Part shown: in pieces, positions 13,169 to 28,024 of the stretch
Layout of the letters: each line of letters starts with the position of its first letter
How positions within the stretch are numbered: the first letter of the stretch is position 1
The notes under the pieces: model-generated
Database searches by the model: none
Seen by the model: only the letters and a program-made list of their open reading frames with translations
What the model was told of the DNA's origin: nothing
Source: Octopus bimaculoides
Lineage: Eukaryota
Direction: 5' to 3'
NCBI RefSeq assembly: GCF_001194135.2
Contig: NC_069000.1
Span: 10,060,746-10,124,745 of the forward strand
DNA: 64,000 nucleotides
Position numbers and translations under genes: made by a program

Positions 13169-13324
13169 AGGGGTGCAATAGTAAGGAAGGGTGACAGAAA
13201 GAGAGAAGAGAGAGGAGAAAGAGAAAGAGAGAGATGGGCGAAACGGTGATGGAGATGATGCAATGTGGTGGAAGGATGAGAAGAGAAAAGGGAGGAGAGG
13301 TAAAAAAAAAAGTGTGCCTGTGTG

Positions 13325-13371
<47 letters not shown>

Positions 13372-14234
13372 TGAAGTGAGAGAGAAAGGGTGAAAGAGTG
13401 TGTATGTATNNNNNNNNNNNNNNNNNNNNNNNNNNNNNNNNNNNNNNNNNNNNNNNNNNNNNNNNNNNNNNNNNNNNNNNNNNNNNNNNNNNNNNNNNNN
13501 NNNNNNNNNNNNNNNNNNNNNNNNNNNNNNNNNNNNNNNNNNNNNNNNNNNNNNNNNNNNNNNNNNNNNNNNNNNNNGTATGTATGTTATGTATGAGTGA
13601 AGGGGAGGAGGGGGGGGGGAAACTGTGATGCAATTTTCTGTGAATGCTCTCTAAATACACACCAAAAAGAGGGCTAATGATAAATCAATAAATTCTGTAG
13701 AATATTCTGTGATATTTCGGTTGTACTTTGCTTCCATGATGATAATAGAAACAACGGCATTGTTCTCAATCCTTAATCCTAGAACTGGCACCGTCTCTCT
13801 TTTTTTTTTTTTTTAACTAAAACATTCTCACACTACACTCTCTTTTCTCCCCCCCCACCACTTTTTACCATTATTTTCTGCACATTTCCATATTGACATC
13901 AAGTTGAGTGATTGGCCCAAAGTCAGATACAACAGAACAGTAAGAACTTGTCCGTCGGTCCGTCTGTCTGCCCCTCAAGGTAAGCCACTGAATTACAAAA
14001 TCTCATTTTCCACCTGTGTTTTAACAGAAGTCAGTTGTATGACTTCCCCAAAGGGGCAGGCATAAAACACTGTGTCAGACACAATCAAAATTATAAGGAG
14101 TTGCGGGAGGCTCCCAATAATACTAATCGGAAACTATTGTTGGATAAACATTTTTCATCTCATAAATCTTTTTATTTTCTTCTTGCTTTTTTTTTTTCAT
14201 TGTGTACGAGTGTGTGTATCTTTTCCCATGGAAA

Positions 14235-14486
14235 GCAGAAAAGATTATCAATTATTATCTATGCTCCAGCATGGTCACAGACAAATGACTAAAACAAATG
14301 AAAAAAATAAAAAGAATATTTTCTTTTACTGGTTTCAGTCATTGGACTGCAGCCAGCAGAAGAAATTATCAGTTATTATCTATGCTCCAGCATGGTCGAA
14401 TACAAATGACTAAAATAGATGAAAAGAATAAAAAGAATATTTTCTTTTACTGGTTTCAGTGATTGGACTGCAGTCATGCTGGAGCA
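14235..14486. repeat. 121-bp tandem duplication built from tail-to-tail family A tails
   Basis: Units start at 14235 and 14356; TGCTCCAGCATG (14383-14394) is inverted at 14475-14486. Confidence 0.85.
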
Positions 14487-15243
14487 AGGTCTTCAATGGT
14501 TTAGTCAAATAAATTGACCCAGTACATGGTTTTTAAGTCTGGTACTTATTCTATTAGTCTTTTTAGCTAATCTGCTAAGTTAGAGGAATGTAAACAAACC
14601 AACATCAGTTGTCAAACGGTTGGGGGAGGACACACACACACACACACAGATTGAAATGGTCTCATCCAATCCATGATGATGATGATAATGAGGAGGAGGA
14701 GGGGTAAGGAGAGAAAGGGGAAATGGAGAAGAGAAGAGGTGGAGAGTATGCTACTTGGTTTGGAAAGTATTTCTACTCCTTGTCTTTAGGATTAGTTCAC
14801 CAAGGAGTAAAGGGCAATATTCCAGTCAAAAGGCTAACTAACTATTAAACCTGACAGTAAAACATAACCAATACTTACTTTCTCATCTCCCATACTTTTT
14901 CTATTAACTATTTCAAAAAAATGCTGAACCCCCACCCACCCCTAACATTATTTTTTATATATATTTAAATATCTAAACGTGAGATGAGTTGCTATTTAAT
15001 AAGATTATAATTTTTCAGACTATTAACTTCATCTTTATAAATATTTACATCGAGCAGAGATGGTGTAAATACTAAATATTATTATTTTTTTTTTCTAATC
15101 TCCTAAGATGTGGTTAATAGCCTCAAAAATATCTTATCTTGAGTTTTTGATGTTGAACGTTATCCCCGAAATAGATGTGTAAAGATTAACTTTTACTGAT
15201 CAATATACATATATACATACATACATATATGCATACATATATG

Positions 15244-15303
<60 letters not shown>

Positions 15304-15682
15304 AACATAGATAGATAGAAATAGAAATTATTTTACATAACTATACATAATTAGCATTAAACTTCTTGCTCTCAGAAGATGAATTTAGAACCATGAAACT
15401 TCCAACTTTTTGGTCTCTTTAACTCTCTCAGCCACTATTCAATAATCACTGATTAAAATATTTTTGGAAATAGCACAAAGCAAAGCCAGAAATATGACTA
15501 ACAAAAATTGGTTGAGAAAAAAAACAAGAAATAACAAAAAAGAAAAGAAAAAACTAGACAATAAAGTTTCAAAAGTGTGAAGGTGACATGAAATATAATT
15601 ATGTAATTATAGTAGTTATTGATACTGTTGCTAAGGATCAAAGCTGGATGCTATTTCCAGCAGGTCAAGTGATTGTATAAAG

Positions 15683-15942
15683 CAGTGGTTCTCAACCATT
15701 TTTTAAAAACTTATAGACTTTGATTCCTGTTTTACTTGGATGAACCTTTATAACTATTTGATGCTTAAAGAATCCTATTATATCTTCATAATTAGATATT
15801 ATTAGGAATTGTATAAAAAGAAAAATTGTTAAAATATTTTGAATATTGTAAAAGTATTACTGATTTACTGCACTTAAATCTGAGCACCAAAATCTTATAT
15901 GAACTCCCAGGGAGTCATATGGACGCTGGTTGAGAACCACTG
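15683..15942. mobile_element. hAT (Charlie-like) MITE
   Basis: Perfect 15-bp TIRs CAGTGGTTCTCAACC / GGTTGAGAACCACTG; an 8-bp TSD is not recognisable. Confidence 0.8.
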
Positions 15943-16014
15943 ACGTGAAAACTTTCTTATTGGGTTAATCAAGAAACTAATAAAGTTCAGCTGTGATCAG
16001 TGATAGCATGTGAT

Positions 16015-16400
16015 GTTGTTGGCACTCTGTCGCTTACAACGTCGAGGGTTCCAGTTGATCCGATCAACGGAACAGCCTGCTCGTGAAATTAACGTGCAAG
16101 TGGCCGAGCACTCCACAGACACGTGTACCCTTAATGTAGTACTCGGGGATATTCAGTGAGACACAGAGTGTAACAAGGCTGACCCTTTGAATTACAGGCA
16201 CAACAGAAACAGGAAGAAAGAGTGAGAGAAAGTTGTGGTGGAAGAGTACAGCAGGGTTCGCCACCATCCCCTGCCGGAGCCTCATGGAACTTTAGGTGTT
16301 TTCGCTCAAGAAACACTCACAACGCCCGGTCTGGGAATCGAAACCGCGATCCTATGACCGCGAGTCCGCTGCCTTAACCACTGGGCCATTGCACCTCCAC
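16015..16400 (-). mobile_element. Family C tRNA-derived SINE, full length, with 10-bp TSD
   Basis: Head has box A TGGCCCAGTGGTTA and box B GTTTCGATTCCC. AGCATGTGAT flanks both sides (16005-16014, 16401-16410). Paralogues at 32995 and 51569. Confidence 0.92.
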
Positions 16401-18574
16401 AGCATGTGATAAAGAAATATTATCAGATTTAAAACAAAAATAATTTTTTTAAACAGAGCGCAAGTGTGGCTGCATGGTAAGAAGCTGGCTTCCCAACCAC
16501 ATGGTTCCGGGTTCAGTCCCACTGCATGACACCTTGGGCAAGTGTCTTCTACTGTTACTGTTCAGCTCTAGGTCAGGTTTGATTAAGAAAAACTACAATC
16601 AAAGTTGTTTCAACCATGACCATCCAATCCAATCATATTTATCTAGGGATACATTGTGGATACATTATATATAATCTTTGGATTTTCTTTTTTCCAAAGT
16701 CAGTAAGGTATAATTTGAGGAAGATTTGACTGTTATTTCTAGTGGACTGATATAGTACTTATAGGTTTGCTTCAATCAGCACAGTGTGTTGGATTAATAA
16801 ATTAAAAGAGTAACGACTCAAATAGTAATTAGTTCTTATCCCTTCACTGGTGTTGTGATGTTAACATCACTGCAATAATTAACTTTCGCATGTTCCAGCC
16901 TGTCTCTAAACAGGCACAATAATGTTATACAGTTTAATGGTTTCGTCTACCTTCATCTAAATACATGGCATAATGTTGTACAGTTCCAAGCTATAAACAG
17001 GGGGAGCACTGCAGAATTGATGTGTACTTTGTCAAAGTTACAACAGTTACACCTTGAAACCAAAACTGTAATGCTTTAATGAACTTCTGCACATTCCAAG
17101 TTTGGGTCCTAAGAGAACCACAATTGAGATCTACTTCAAAATCTGGTGCTTCAAAACTATAACACAAAAGCTATTGGACAAAGGACGTTGGGTTCTTCAG
17201 AGCTACAAGAATATAGTGTAATCTGTTCTCAAATGAACATCCTTCTTTTTTTATCTATCCTTAATTATGGTTCTGAGGTTAGGGAATTCAAAACTTGCAG
17301 GAAGATTGGCCACCAGACATGTATCACAAAGGTCTACTGGTGAATGAACATGACTCGATGTCATATGAACCATTCACCTGACTTAAATGTCAAATGGATC
17401 CAGTGTCTCTAGGCTAAGCTCAACAGAGCAGAAGATTAGCAAAGTAAACTGTAAATGAGCAGGCATTAGGTGAAGGGAAACCGTTTGTTGTATCATTCCT
17501 GTGAAAGAAGCATGAATCTTCATATTTTGGCAAGGAAGGCCCTGGTTACCAAGCAGGCTTTTATGTGTGTGTATACATGTACTGCCTTGAAATTCTTTGT
17601 AAATCTGACAAACCCCACTCAATGATTCAGTTTAAACTAAATCATTTTTAACTTCTTTATAAAAGTTCTCATAATGTTCTTTGATTGTGTGTTTCTTTTT
17701 TTTTTTTAATTTTGCTTTGTTCTTATATTTTTGTATTATTTCTAATTATTAAATTCAAAGAAACTTCTAAATAAAATCTTCCAAAATTAATTACATCATG
17801 TAATATAACTTGATTGCTATAACTGCACAAAGTCTTCTGTTGATGGAGAATAAAGACGATACAAAAGAAGAAGAAAAAAAAAAAAGAAACAAAAACTGAA
17901 AAACAGGAGAAAGGAAAGAGAAAGAAGGAACAAATGCATGAAAGAAAGAAGGAATGAAACAAAGTAAAGGAGACGAAAATCAAAAAGCAAAACAATCAAA
18001 AACAGAGAAAAAGTCTAAAAAATATCAGAAGCAAAATAAAAGGAAAAAGTTAAAACTGTATCTAAAATTTTATTTAATGTCTTGGTAAAGGGTTGATAAA
18101 GACAACTGAATCCTCTCACTTGCAATGTCTTAATATTCCCCCCCCACCACAAAAAAAGGGGGGGGGGCAGTTTCTGCTTTAATGGTGGTAATTACTGTTA
18201 AATGAAAGAGCTGTAAAAATAGGTGTTACTATCGGATACATGAGGGGTAAGGCAATAATACCCCATGTCCAATCTACTGGAGTTTGTAAAAGACTGTGAC
18301 TTTTGACACGCAGGTAAGAAATGAAATTTTTAAGAGGAAGCAGGGTGGGGTTGGGTCTGTCAACTGAACTGTCACCATCTTGACTTGCTAGAAACAGCAG
18401 CTAAATGCCATCCAAATCAAACCACAAGCATGATCAATGAAGAACACGTTTGATAATGTGGTACCCTCCAACAGTGGTTTTCAACTGGGGATTGTACGAC
18501 CCTGGGGGTGGAGGAGGTACTAAAAAAATTTTAATGTTAAAATTCATGTGCAATGAATCGGGTATACTTCTACG

Positions 18575-18800
18575 ATACTCTCTTTACTCTTTTACTTGTT
18601 TCAGTCATTTGACTGCGGCCATGCTGGAGCACCACCTTTAGTCGAGCAAATCAACCCCGGGACTTAAATCCACTCACAAGGCTTTGGTCAACCCGAGGCT
18701 ATAGTAGAAGACACTTTCCCAAGGTGCCATGCAGTGGGATTGAACTTGGAACTGTGTCATTAGGAAGCAAACTTTATGCCAAAGAGCGATGCCTGTGCCT
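18575..18800 (-). mobile_element. Family A SINE with internal deletion
   Basis: Tail joined directly to head sequence near 18665; the central microsatellite segment is missing. Confidence 0.75.
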
Positions 18801-19578
18801 ATATATATATAATTCTGATACTTCTGATGTATATGAAGAATTTAAAATAACCAGTTTCAAGATTTCAAACTGAAGTGCAAAAAGAAAGTGTTTGCCAGTA
18901 CCACTCTGAAAAAACAACAAAATCAAAAAGAAAAAAAAAACAGAAACAAAAACAACAGCATCACTGAAGGTTTTACAGGGTAAATTCTTCCCACTGCGGT
19001 TCTCTTAATGTGCCTGATTGACCAGAATGTTAGAATTCCAATGTGAGAGAGAGAGAGAGAGATGTGCAGTTAAAACTAGCTCAGTTAAGAACACTGCCGA
19101 GAATTTCAAAACCATTAAGAGTTACAGCATCTTTGAAACTCTTTTATTAGTCTGTCAGTTCCAGTTTAGAACGCGAGATAGATTCAATTACTGTGACCCT
19201 GTAAAGTGGCAGAGCAGAAGTGATTTAAATAAGAAAAGGAAAAACAGAACAAAACAAAAAGAGAAATAAACGAAATAAAAGGAAAAAGAAAAAAAAAAAA
19301 GATTTCTTTTCAATATTCTTTGGCTCACAATTGGCACTTTCCATGATAAATATCTTGAAAATTATACATGTATGTGTTGTCTATGGAGAGGAAGTCAGAG
19401 GAAAATAAACATTGAGAGGTCGCTGAAAGGGCCTGAGAGGTGTGAAAAACCATTTTAAAAGGTTGATTCTGCCGCAATATTTCTCTATATTTCTTTAATG
19501 GCCATGCGACACCGCAGTCCATGAAGCCTTCAGAAAAATATGTATATGCATAAATGATACTTATCTCCATTTATGCAC

Positions 19579-19635
<57 letters not shown>

Positions 19636-19669
19636 TATATACATACATATACACACACATACATAGACA

Positions 19670-19721
<52 letters not shown>

Positions 19722-19962
19722 TTCACATACACATATATGTGTACACATACGTACATACTACACACATATACATACATACCCATACATACGCACAGAAAGA
19801 AAGAGAGAGTTGACAATATATTACATTCCTGTTTACAATACATGGTGTGACTTATATGATAATGAAATATGAATATATTCATAGATTTCTACATATCTTA
19901 TTCAGCATACAAGTTTGGCAATGTAATATAACATGATGTAATAGTTTCTAGATACTTCTACT

Positions 19963-20002
<40 letters not shown>

Positions 20003-20015
20003 CATTATTATTATT

Positions 20016-20070
<55 letters not shown>

Positions 20071-20483
20071 ATTAGATTAGAACCAAGCATAAACACCAAA
20101 TAACTCTAGAAAAAGAAAATTAAAATATACTGTCTCGGGACAGGACGCAACGATTGTGTTAGAATTATGTAACGACCTCAGTAAAACTATGCAAAGGTGA
20201 AAAATGTGTTCTGCCATAGACTATAATGGTGTAATATTAGTAGTAATAGTAGTAGTAGTAGTTGTTGTTGTGTTGTTTAGATATATTGAAATTGGTAACG
20301 TAAGGTAAACGACATCCTGGTTTTTTTTCCTAGCTGCTATAGAAATTGTCACGTATTCTGCCTGATCCAACAGAGAAAAGAATTGTTTAATGTTGTTCTT
20401 GTAAAGAATATAAACAAACTATATTAATTCACAGATTTTGTCGTTGTCATTATTATTATTGTTATTATTATTATTATTATAAA

Positions 20484-20622
20484 GGCAGCAAGCTAGCAGA
20501 ATCGTTAACACGCTGGGCAAAATGCTTAGTGGTATTTCACCCGTCGCTACATTCTGAGTTCAAATTTCGCTGAGGTCGACTTTGCCTTTCATCCTTTCAG
20601 GGTCAATAAATTAAGTATCAGT
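20484..20622 (+). mobile_element. Family B SINE (3'-truncated) following an (ATT)n array
   Basis: GGCAGCAAGCTAGCAGAATCGTTA head and GAGTTCAAATTTC box B. Confidence 0.8.
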
Positions 20623-20913
20623 GAAATAATGTTAAAGTAAAAAACGATATTTTGATGTCCATTTACCACAATATGTAATATAAATGAACTCTGTTACTTG
20701 CAAACAACTAGTAGATTATTGGTGTTCATATTTACATCAAAACATATTTAGAAAAATCCTAAATTTAACGTCTGTACTCAGACTTTTGGCTAGGACCATA
20801 CATACAAAGGCAAATGTAGTACATAAAATTCCAGATGTTTACAAAAACACATTATATACATATACACACAGACACACACACATATATATAGACAGACAGA
20901 CAGACAGACAGAC

Positions 20914-20950
<37 letters not shown>

Positions 20951-21164
20951 TGCACACACACATTTATATATACATATATTATTATATATCAGTAATTGAA
21001 TATAAGCACTAGAATTTTTGGAAACTAATGGTAGTCTGTGTCAGCAAATATTGATCTTTCCTCTCCCTATGGTACATTTACATACCTAATGTTTTGCAGT
21101 ATACTAACATTGAATCATCAAAATATACAGACATCCATGCATACACACATTTACAGAGACTCAT

Positions 21165-21196
<32 letters not shown>

Positions 21197-21654
21197 ACAT
21201 AAACCCTCATACTCAGAGACACACAGATACAGAACTTCATACACATTATGTATGTCTTTAACTGTAGAACAAACAAAACGAAAACAAAAAAAAAAACCCT
21301 ACAAAACAAGCATAATGACTATGGAAGACAAACTTGGAGCTACAAACTAAAGTTAATAGACGGGACTCCCTACTTTCTTATCTGTATAGATGAAAACATA
21401 ATTAGCGATCAAACTCCAATTCCTGTGTAGAAGCAAGGATTCGAGTAGGAAAACAAAATTATAACTAAGATAATTAGATCTTGGATGATACCAAAGAGAA
21501 ATAAAAATATCTGACAGAAACTGTGAGAGAGAGAGAGAAATAGAAAAAAATTAAACTATCGTTCTGGACCTGACTAAGCAGATCTATGATCAAAAGCATT
21601 CCAGTTGTGACCATCCTATCTTATTATTATCATTGTTATTGTTATTATTTTTAA

Positions 21655-21802
21655 GGCAGCAAGCTGGCAGAATCGTTAGCATGCCGGGCAAAATGCTTCA
21701 TCACATTTCATTGGTCTTTACGTTCTGAGTTCAAATTCTGCCAAATTCTGCCTTTGATCCTTGTAGGGTTGATGAAATAAGTACCAGTTGAAATAAGTAC
21801 CA
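21655..21802 (+). mobile_element. Family B SINE (3'-truncated) following an ATT-rich array
   Basis: Same head and core as 20484. Confidence 0.8.
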
Positions 21803-24377
21803 ATTTGGAACTATTATTATTATTATTATTTTCCGATCGATTTGTATTTTATTTCATCCTCCAACCAGATCTCAACCAGAGACCTAAGAGACATATATAT
21901 ATATTTGATGGAGAGAGACTTCCGGAGAATGTGGGCAGTTGATGTCAGTGTAATTTTTTGAGTCTCATAGATTTTTGGCTTCCAAGAGACCTGATTTAAA
22001 AAATTTGTCACTACACTAAGGGTGGGGCATAACAATATACCACAAGGCACTTTTGTTTAAGATGTTAATTTTTTTCCTCTCATTCCACATCAGTTTCCAT
22101 CTAACAAATTCTGTACACAATGCTCTGGCCAAAAATGGGCTTTTGTAGAATATGCTTGCCCAAGATGCCATGTAGGGGAACTGAACAAAGAACCAAACTG
22201 TTACAAAGTGGGCATCTTAACTATGCAATAATGCCTACACAAATACATACACACAATAAAACCAACCCTAACCCTAACCTCCTCTTGGCTTCTGTTAGCA
22301 GCCTGCTCAAACCAGTGAATGAATTCCTATATGGTTAATTAACCTGCTAGAAATAGCAGTCATCTCTCACTCTTACAAAAAAAAAAAAAAAAGGTGGGGT
22401 GTGAAATGAAACAACGAATAATGTAGACCTACAGANNNNNNNNNNTACAGATGTACTTTGTGTGACACAAAACTGAGAAAAAAAAACCAAAAAAAACAAA
22501 AAAAATTGGATGATTGTAACTGGAATGCTTTTGAAGGTAGGTCTGCCTCATTGAGGTTGACCAAACAATAACAACCATCCTGCCTGCACCATTAGCTTTG
22601 CACTGGTTCATTTTCGAGCAAGGGTACATCATTATTCTGAGCAAGCTGAACCAGATGATGATGATGATATCATTAGTTCCTTGCAGTCTATCACCAAACC
22701 TACCGCCAACTCCGCTGCCCCACTACCATAACATTAAAGCATATAATATAAAATAAAGATGAAAAAAAAAAATTCATAAAACTTTGAAAATCAAATAAAG
22801 ATAAGCTGGTTTACCTTACATTTTGATATATGGTAAGGAAAAAAAAACTTATCTCTAACAAGAATTGTTTAATAAACACCACCTCCAAAAAAAATACAGA
22901 AGTTTATCTTTTCCAAGATAAGGACTTTTTACATACAAACATATATAAACATAATAACGGATAAGGTTTGCACACAAGCGCAAACATTAGATCTTGATTT
23001 TTGTGATATATGACTTGGCACCACCAAACGCAATTTAATGCCTTTTTCTCCCCACTCCCCACACTCTGGTGGGCAGAATGGGTCACAGGGGGAAGTTTCA
23101 GTAGCCTTCTTCATCCATTTCCTCCATAGAATCACACCTACTCTCCCCACTGCCCATCTCGCTCTCTCCCCCCCTCTTACAAACTTCTCTGTCACTACAA
23201 TTAAGGGCCCAACTAATAGCTTGTGAGTTCAATAGAATCAAATTGCAAGTGGTTAAGTCTGTTTTTTTTTTTAACACATTAACTCTTTTGTGAGAATATT
23301 TCTGATACAATACAATCTCTATATAACTTATATTTGAAAATAATAAGAAATCTAAAGGAATTTAGTAAAATAATTTATTTTAAACCAAGCAACATTAGAA
23401 AGTTGAAGAGATTCAGTAAAATAACTGTTATTACTAACCCTTTTGATATCAACCTGGGAAAACTGCAGTTGAAGTAAAAACCTTTATCACGAATAAATCT
23501 GAACAGTCAGAGCCAGGGAATGTGTTAGTACTAACAATAAAGAACCAATGACTAAAGTTGAAAAATGTGAATGGATACATACAGTAGGGGGGACTACAAA
23601 CTTAAGGTTCATACATTAAACAAACAATTTTGCATGGTTTTGGAATATGACCATTTACACATTTTGGTTTTGTTTACAACGTTATTATGAGCACATACCG
23701 AATCATCTGTGAGAGCTAAATATCTGAAATAATCTGTACTGTTTGCATGTGTGATGATTTCCCTCTCAGTAGAAAGGTGGTAAAGTACACATGCTTGGCT
23801 CCTTTTTCGTAAATGCATTGTATTCTGCTGACTAAATTGTTACATTAGCATAGCATCATTGATATTGCTTGTGGCACTGCACAAAAGATTGGTACATAAG
23901 AGAAAGAATAATGTTTTTGTAATCACAATAATATATGTCTATTAACATCACTACTACTGTACACCAAACAACCTGCAAAAACTTGTATCTCATGAAGACA
24001 CATACGTAATTGTCTATAAACAGATATATCAGAGAGAGAGAGACAGAGAGAGAGAAGAAACTTCAGCTGAAGCAACCACCACCACACACAGAGTTAAGCT
24101 GAATCTGCAGGAACTAAATTTCGTTTGCCTAAACATTATCAAATTAACAACATAGGATGTTGAACTAACAACAAGCAGTTTCTTTAAAAGAAAAAAAAAA
24201 ATCCCACTAATATGGATATAATAGAACTCAAATTCAAAGCTAACAACATGCAGGAGGCAGACATCTTGCATTAAACACAAACTGATTGAACATACTAAAT
24301 AGTCAACCATTTTTAAAATGCTATTTCTGTTTATCTGTTAAATGAACAAATATCGTTTAATAACATGACGTTCTTAA

Positions 24378-24523
24378 CCCTTTAGCTTTTAAATCACCTA
24401 TGTCTTGCCAAAATATTCTATCCGTTTCAGTTAAATCTGGTCAGATCCAGCCTATCACACCTACACCGCAGTGTTATTTCATTGTAAAAATAAAACAATC
24501 ATATCCTTGAAATCTCAAAGCAA
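24378..24523 (+). mobile_element. piggyBac-type MITE, partial
   Basis: TTAA|CCCTTTAGC start; matches 43622-43760. Confidence 0.6.
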
Positions 24524-24958
24524 GCAGGAGAGATGCACCAGGTTCCAGTCTGATTTTAGCTTGCTTTCTATGGCTGCTGGATGCCCTTCCCCAAAACGCC
24601 CAACCACTTTACAGTGTGTGCTGGGTGCTTTTTACATGGCACTGCTTTTAGATGACACACAAGCAGGGGTGCTATTACATGGTGTTGGTTAGGGTGCATT
24701 TTATGTGGCACTGCTACAGAGCTCTTGTAGGCCAATCCTCTTCCATCCTTTGCTGCAATGCAGAGAGACAACGGTGTTCATATATACTCCAAGGGTCACC
24801 TTAGACTTATGTGGAATGAAGTGTTTTGCTCAAGAACACAATGTGTCATACGGTCCATGAACCGAAACCAGAATCTTATGAAGATGAGTCCAACACTAAG
24901 TCACATACCTCAACACACACACACACACACACACACAAAGTAATTATTAATTACTTAC

Positions 24959-25009
24959 ATTGATGTCTGAGGAAGGAAGGTCTTCATCTGGGCAATTGCA
25001 CTCTTCAAA
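24959..25009 (-). CDS. 51-bp symmetric exon of the FHA gene (FEECNCPDEDLPSSDIN)
   Basis: Acceptor TTTCTCTTTCTTTCCAG and donor GTAAGT at 24958. Phase 0-0. Joining to the previous exon gives QFI|FE, the expected FHA-terminal strand. Confidence 0.8.
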
Positions 25010-25878
25010 CTGGAAAGAAAGAGAAAAATTAGAGAGTGAATGAGTAAAAGGGGGGGGGGAGAGTGGAAGGAGCTACAGAACAAGTACTGGAAGATTTAAG
25101 AAAGAACAACTGAGGGAGGGGGGAAAACCCTTAGTAAACTCTCGTATCAATTTAAGCAATATGGAGGACACAAATGGAGTTAGAATTTGTTTCATATTTT
25201 AGGTAGGAGAATACAGAATTGAAGTAAGTCTNNNNNNNNNNNNNNNNNNNNNNNNNNNNNNNNNNNNNNNNNNNNNNNNNNNNNNNNNNNNNNNNNNNNN
25301 NNNNNNNNNNNNNNNNNNNNNNNNNNNNNNNNNNNNNNNNNNNNNNNNNNNNNNNNNNNNNNNNNNNNNNNNNNNNNNNNNNNNNNNNNNNNNNNNNNNN
25401 NNNNNNNNNNNNNNNNNNNNNNNNNNNNNNNNNNNNNNNNNNNNNNNNNNNNNNNNNNNNNNNNNNNNNNNNNNNNNNNNNNNNNNNNNNNNNNNNNNNN
25501 NNNNNNNNNNNNNNNNNNNNNNNNNNNNNNNNNNNNNNNNNNNTTATCAGTAGATGAATTTTGGGGAAGAAAATTTCTCCAGTACAAAACTAATTGATTT
25601 TATCTGTCATGTGACTACTGTAAGTTCAATAATCTTCTCAAATCCTAAGACGATTAACTTTGTAAAGTGAGGCAAGAAGAGAAGAGAGAGTGAATACAAC
25701 AAAGCTGTTTTCTGGTCAATAACTTCTCCTTATTTCTTGTGAAGGAATTCAATTCCTACAGGGGGAAAGATGTAATAATATGCTGCAACAACCCCAGCCC
25801 ATCCATCCCAGCAGATAGTGAGGTGAAGATTGATAAATCTACAAATGCAGGATTGCATCACCAGAACAAAAAAAAAAA

Positions 25879-25915
<37 letters not shown>

Positions 25916-26736
25916 GAACAAGCAGGAAAGGTAATTTGTTTGATGGTCAACCTTTTAAAACCCCCAGAAAATGCTGCTGTCTACTTTCATTTTCTGCTAG
26001 TATTTTTAATGAACTCACCTTCTTTGAAACAACAGCTACTGTAGGACTGTCTGTCTGTCACACCTAATTCAATCCATTGATGCACATTTTTTTCCTCTTC
26101 CTTCATACTAACTGCTTAACTGTTTTTTGAACCCCACCAACCCATCCAGGACTTGCCCAGGGTTTTTTGATACAAACTTCCTGTTTTAAAGTTAATCTAA
26201 ATTACAAAACCTACGATCAGAATGTAATTTTAATGTTTCAAACACCAGATTAATAAAAACAAAGTTATGCTACTAAATTTTTAATAATTTCCAGAATTTA
26301 ATCCGAACAAAGGCAGAGTATTTCAACACAACTATGAAAAGGGTTTAAAACATAGCTTTGATTGATACATTATCATGTTAAAGGACTTGTGTAATAACTA
26401 CCTTGTTGTTTCATTTGCATGTATTTTGAGAACATATTCACACAGACACAGAGACACACATATACACACACACACGAATGGGCTTCTGCACTGCTGCCAT
26501 CAGTGACTTTTCATTTATGAGAGATTGGTCAGCTCAAGGTTTAAGGTGCAAGAAATTTGCCAACCAATATACCAAACTGTGAAACTGAACGAAGAATCAT
26601 CTGGCTGTTAATTACAAATCTGAGTTTGTGACATGGGTGAAAGTTTATATCCTTCCATCTATTCTTCATAGGCGCAGACATAGCTGTGTAGTTAAGAAGC
26701 TCACTTTGCAACCCTATATATATATATATATATATA

Positions 26737-26934
26737 TCATCATCATCATCATCATCGTTTAACGTCCGCTTTCCATGCTAGCATGGGTTGGACGATTTGA
26801 CTGAGGACTGGTGAAACCGGATGGCAACACCAGGCTCCAGTCTGATTTGGCAGAGTTTCTACAGCTGGATGCCCTTCCTAACGCCAACCACTCAGAGAGT
26901 GTAGTGGGTGCTTTTACGTGTCACCCGCACGAAA
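26737..26934 (-). mobile_element. Family D retroposon 3' end with (CAT)n tail, cut by an assembly gap
   Basis: Very close to 1571-1745 and 7577-7690. Confidence 0.85.
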
Positions 26935-27888
26935 NNNNNNNNNNNNNNNNNNNNNNNNNNNNNNNNNNNNNNNNNNNNNNNNNNNNNNNNNNNNNNNNNN
27001 NNNNNNNNNNNNNNNNNNNNNNNNNNNNNNNNNNNNNNNNNNNNNNNNNNNNNNNNNNNNNNNNNNNNNNNNNNNNNNNNNNNNNNNNNNNNNNNNNNNN
27101 NNNNNNNNNNNNNNNNNNNNNNNNNNNNNNNNNNNNNNNNNNNNNNNNNNNNNNNNNNNNNNNNNNNNNNNNNNNNNNNNNNNNNNNNNNNNNNNNNNNN
27201 NNNNNNNNNNNNNNNNNNNNNNNNNNNNNNNNNNNNNNNNNNNNNNNNNNNNNNNNNNNNNNNNNNNNNNNNNNNNNNNNNNNNNNNNNNNNNNNNNNNN
27301 NNNNNNNNNNNNNNNNNNNNNNNNNNNNNNNNNNNNNNNNNNNNNNNNNNNNNNNNNNNNNNNNNNNNNNNNNNNNNNNNNNNNNNNNNNNNNNNNNNNN
27401 NNNNNNNNNNNNNNNNNNNNNNNNNNNNNNNNNNNNNNNNNNNNNNNNNNNNNNNNNNNNNNNNNNNNNNNNNNNNNNNNNNNNNNNNNNNNNNNNNNNN
27501 NNNNNNNNNNNNNNNNNNNNNNNNNNNNNNNNNNNNNNNNNNNNNNNNNNNNNNNNNNNNNNNNNNNNNNNNNNNNNNNNNNNNNNNNNNNNNNNNNNNN
27601 NNNNNNNNNNNNNNNNNNNNNNNNNNNNNNNNNNNNNNNNNNNNNNNNNNNNNNNNNNNNNNNNNNNNNNNNNNNNNNNNNNNNNNNNNNNNNNNNNNNN
27701 NNNNNNNNNNNNNNNNNNNNNNNNNNNNNNNNNNNNNNNNNNNNNNNNNNNNNNNNNNNNNNNNNNNNNNNNNNNNNNNNNNNNNNNNNNNNNNNNNNNN
27801 NNNNNNNNNNNNNNNNNNNNNNNNNNNNNNNNNNNNNNNNNNNNNNNNNNNNNNNNNNNNNNNNNNNNNNNNNNNNNNNNNAACAACA

Positions 27889-27932
<44 letters not shown>

Positions 27933-27992
27933 TACATACATATGCATGTATGTATATATATATATACACGCACACACATTTTTAAAAATAAC

Positions 27993-28024
<32 letters not shown>

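Noticed and set aside
16330-16400. tRNA-like sequences with box A/B (also 32174, 44628, 51569 and 60869)
   Set aside because: They continue into multi-copy SINE bodies and have no complete cloverleaf; these are SINE heads, not tRNA genes.
17150-17470. LSILNYGSEV, resembling a LINE RT C-terminal motif
   Set aside because: A single short motif with unconvincing flanks; possibly an ancient LINE, but not supportable without a search.
22262-22280. Telomere-like CCCTAA repeat
   Set aside because: Only about two units.
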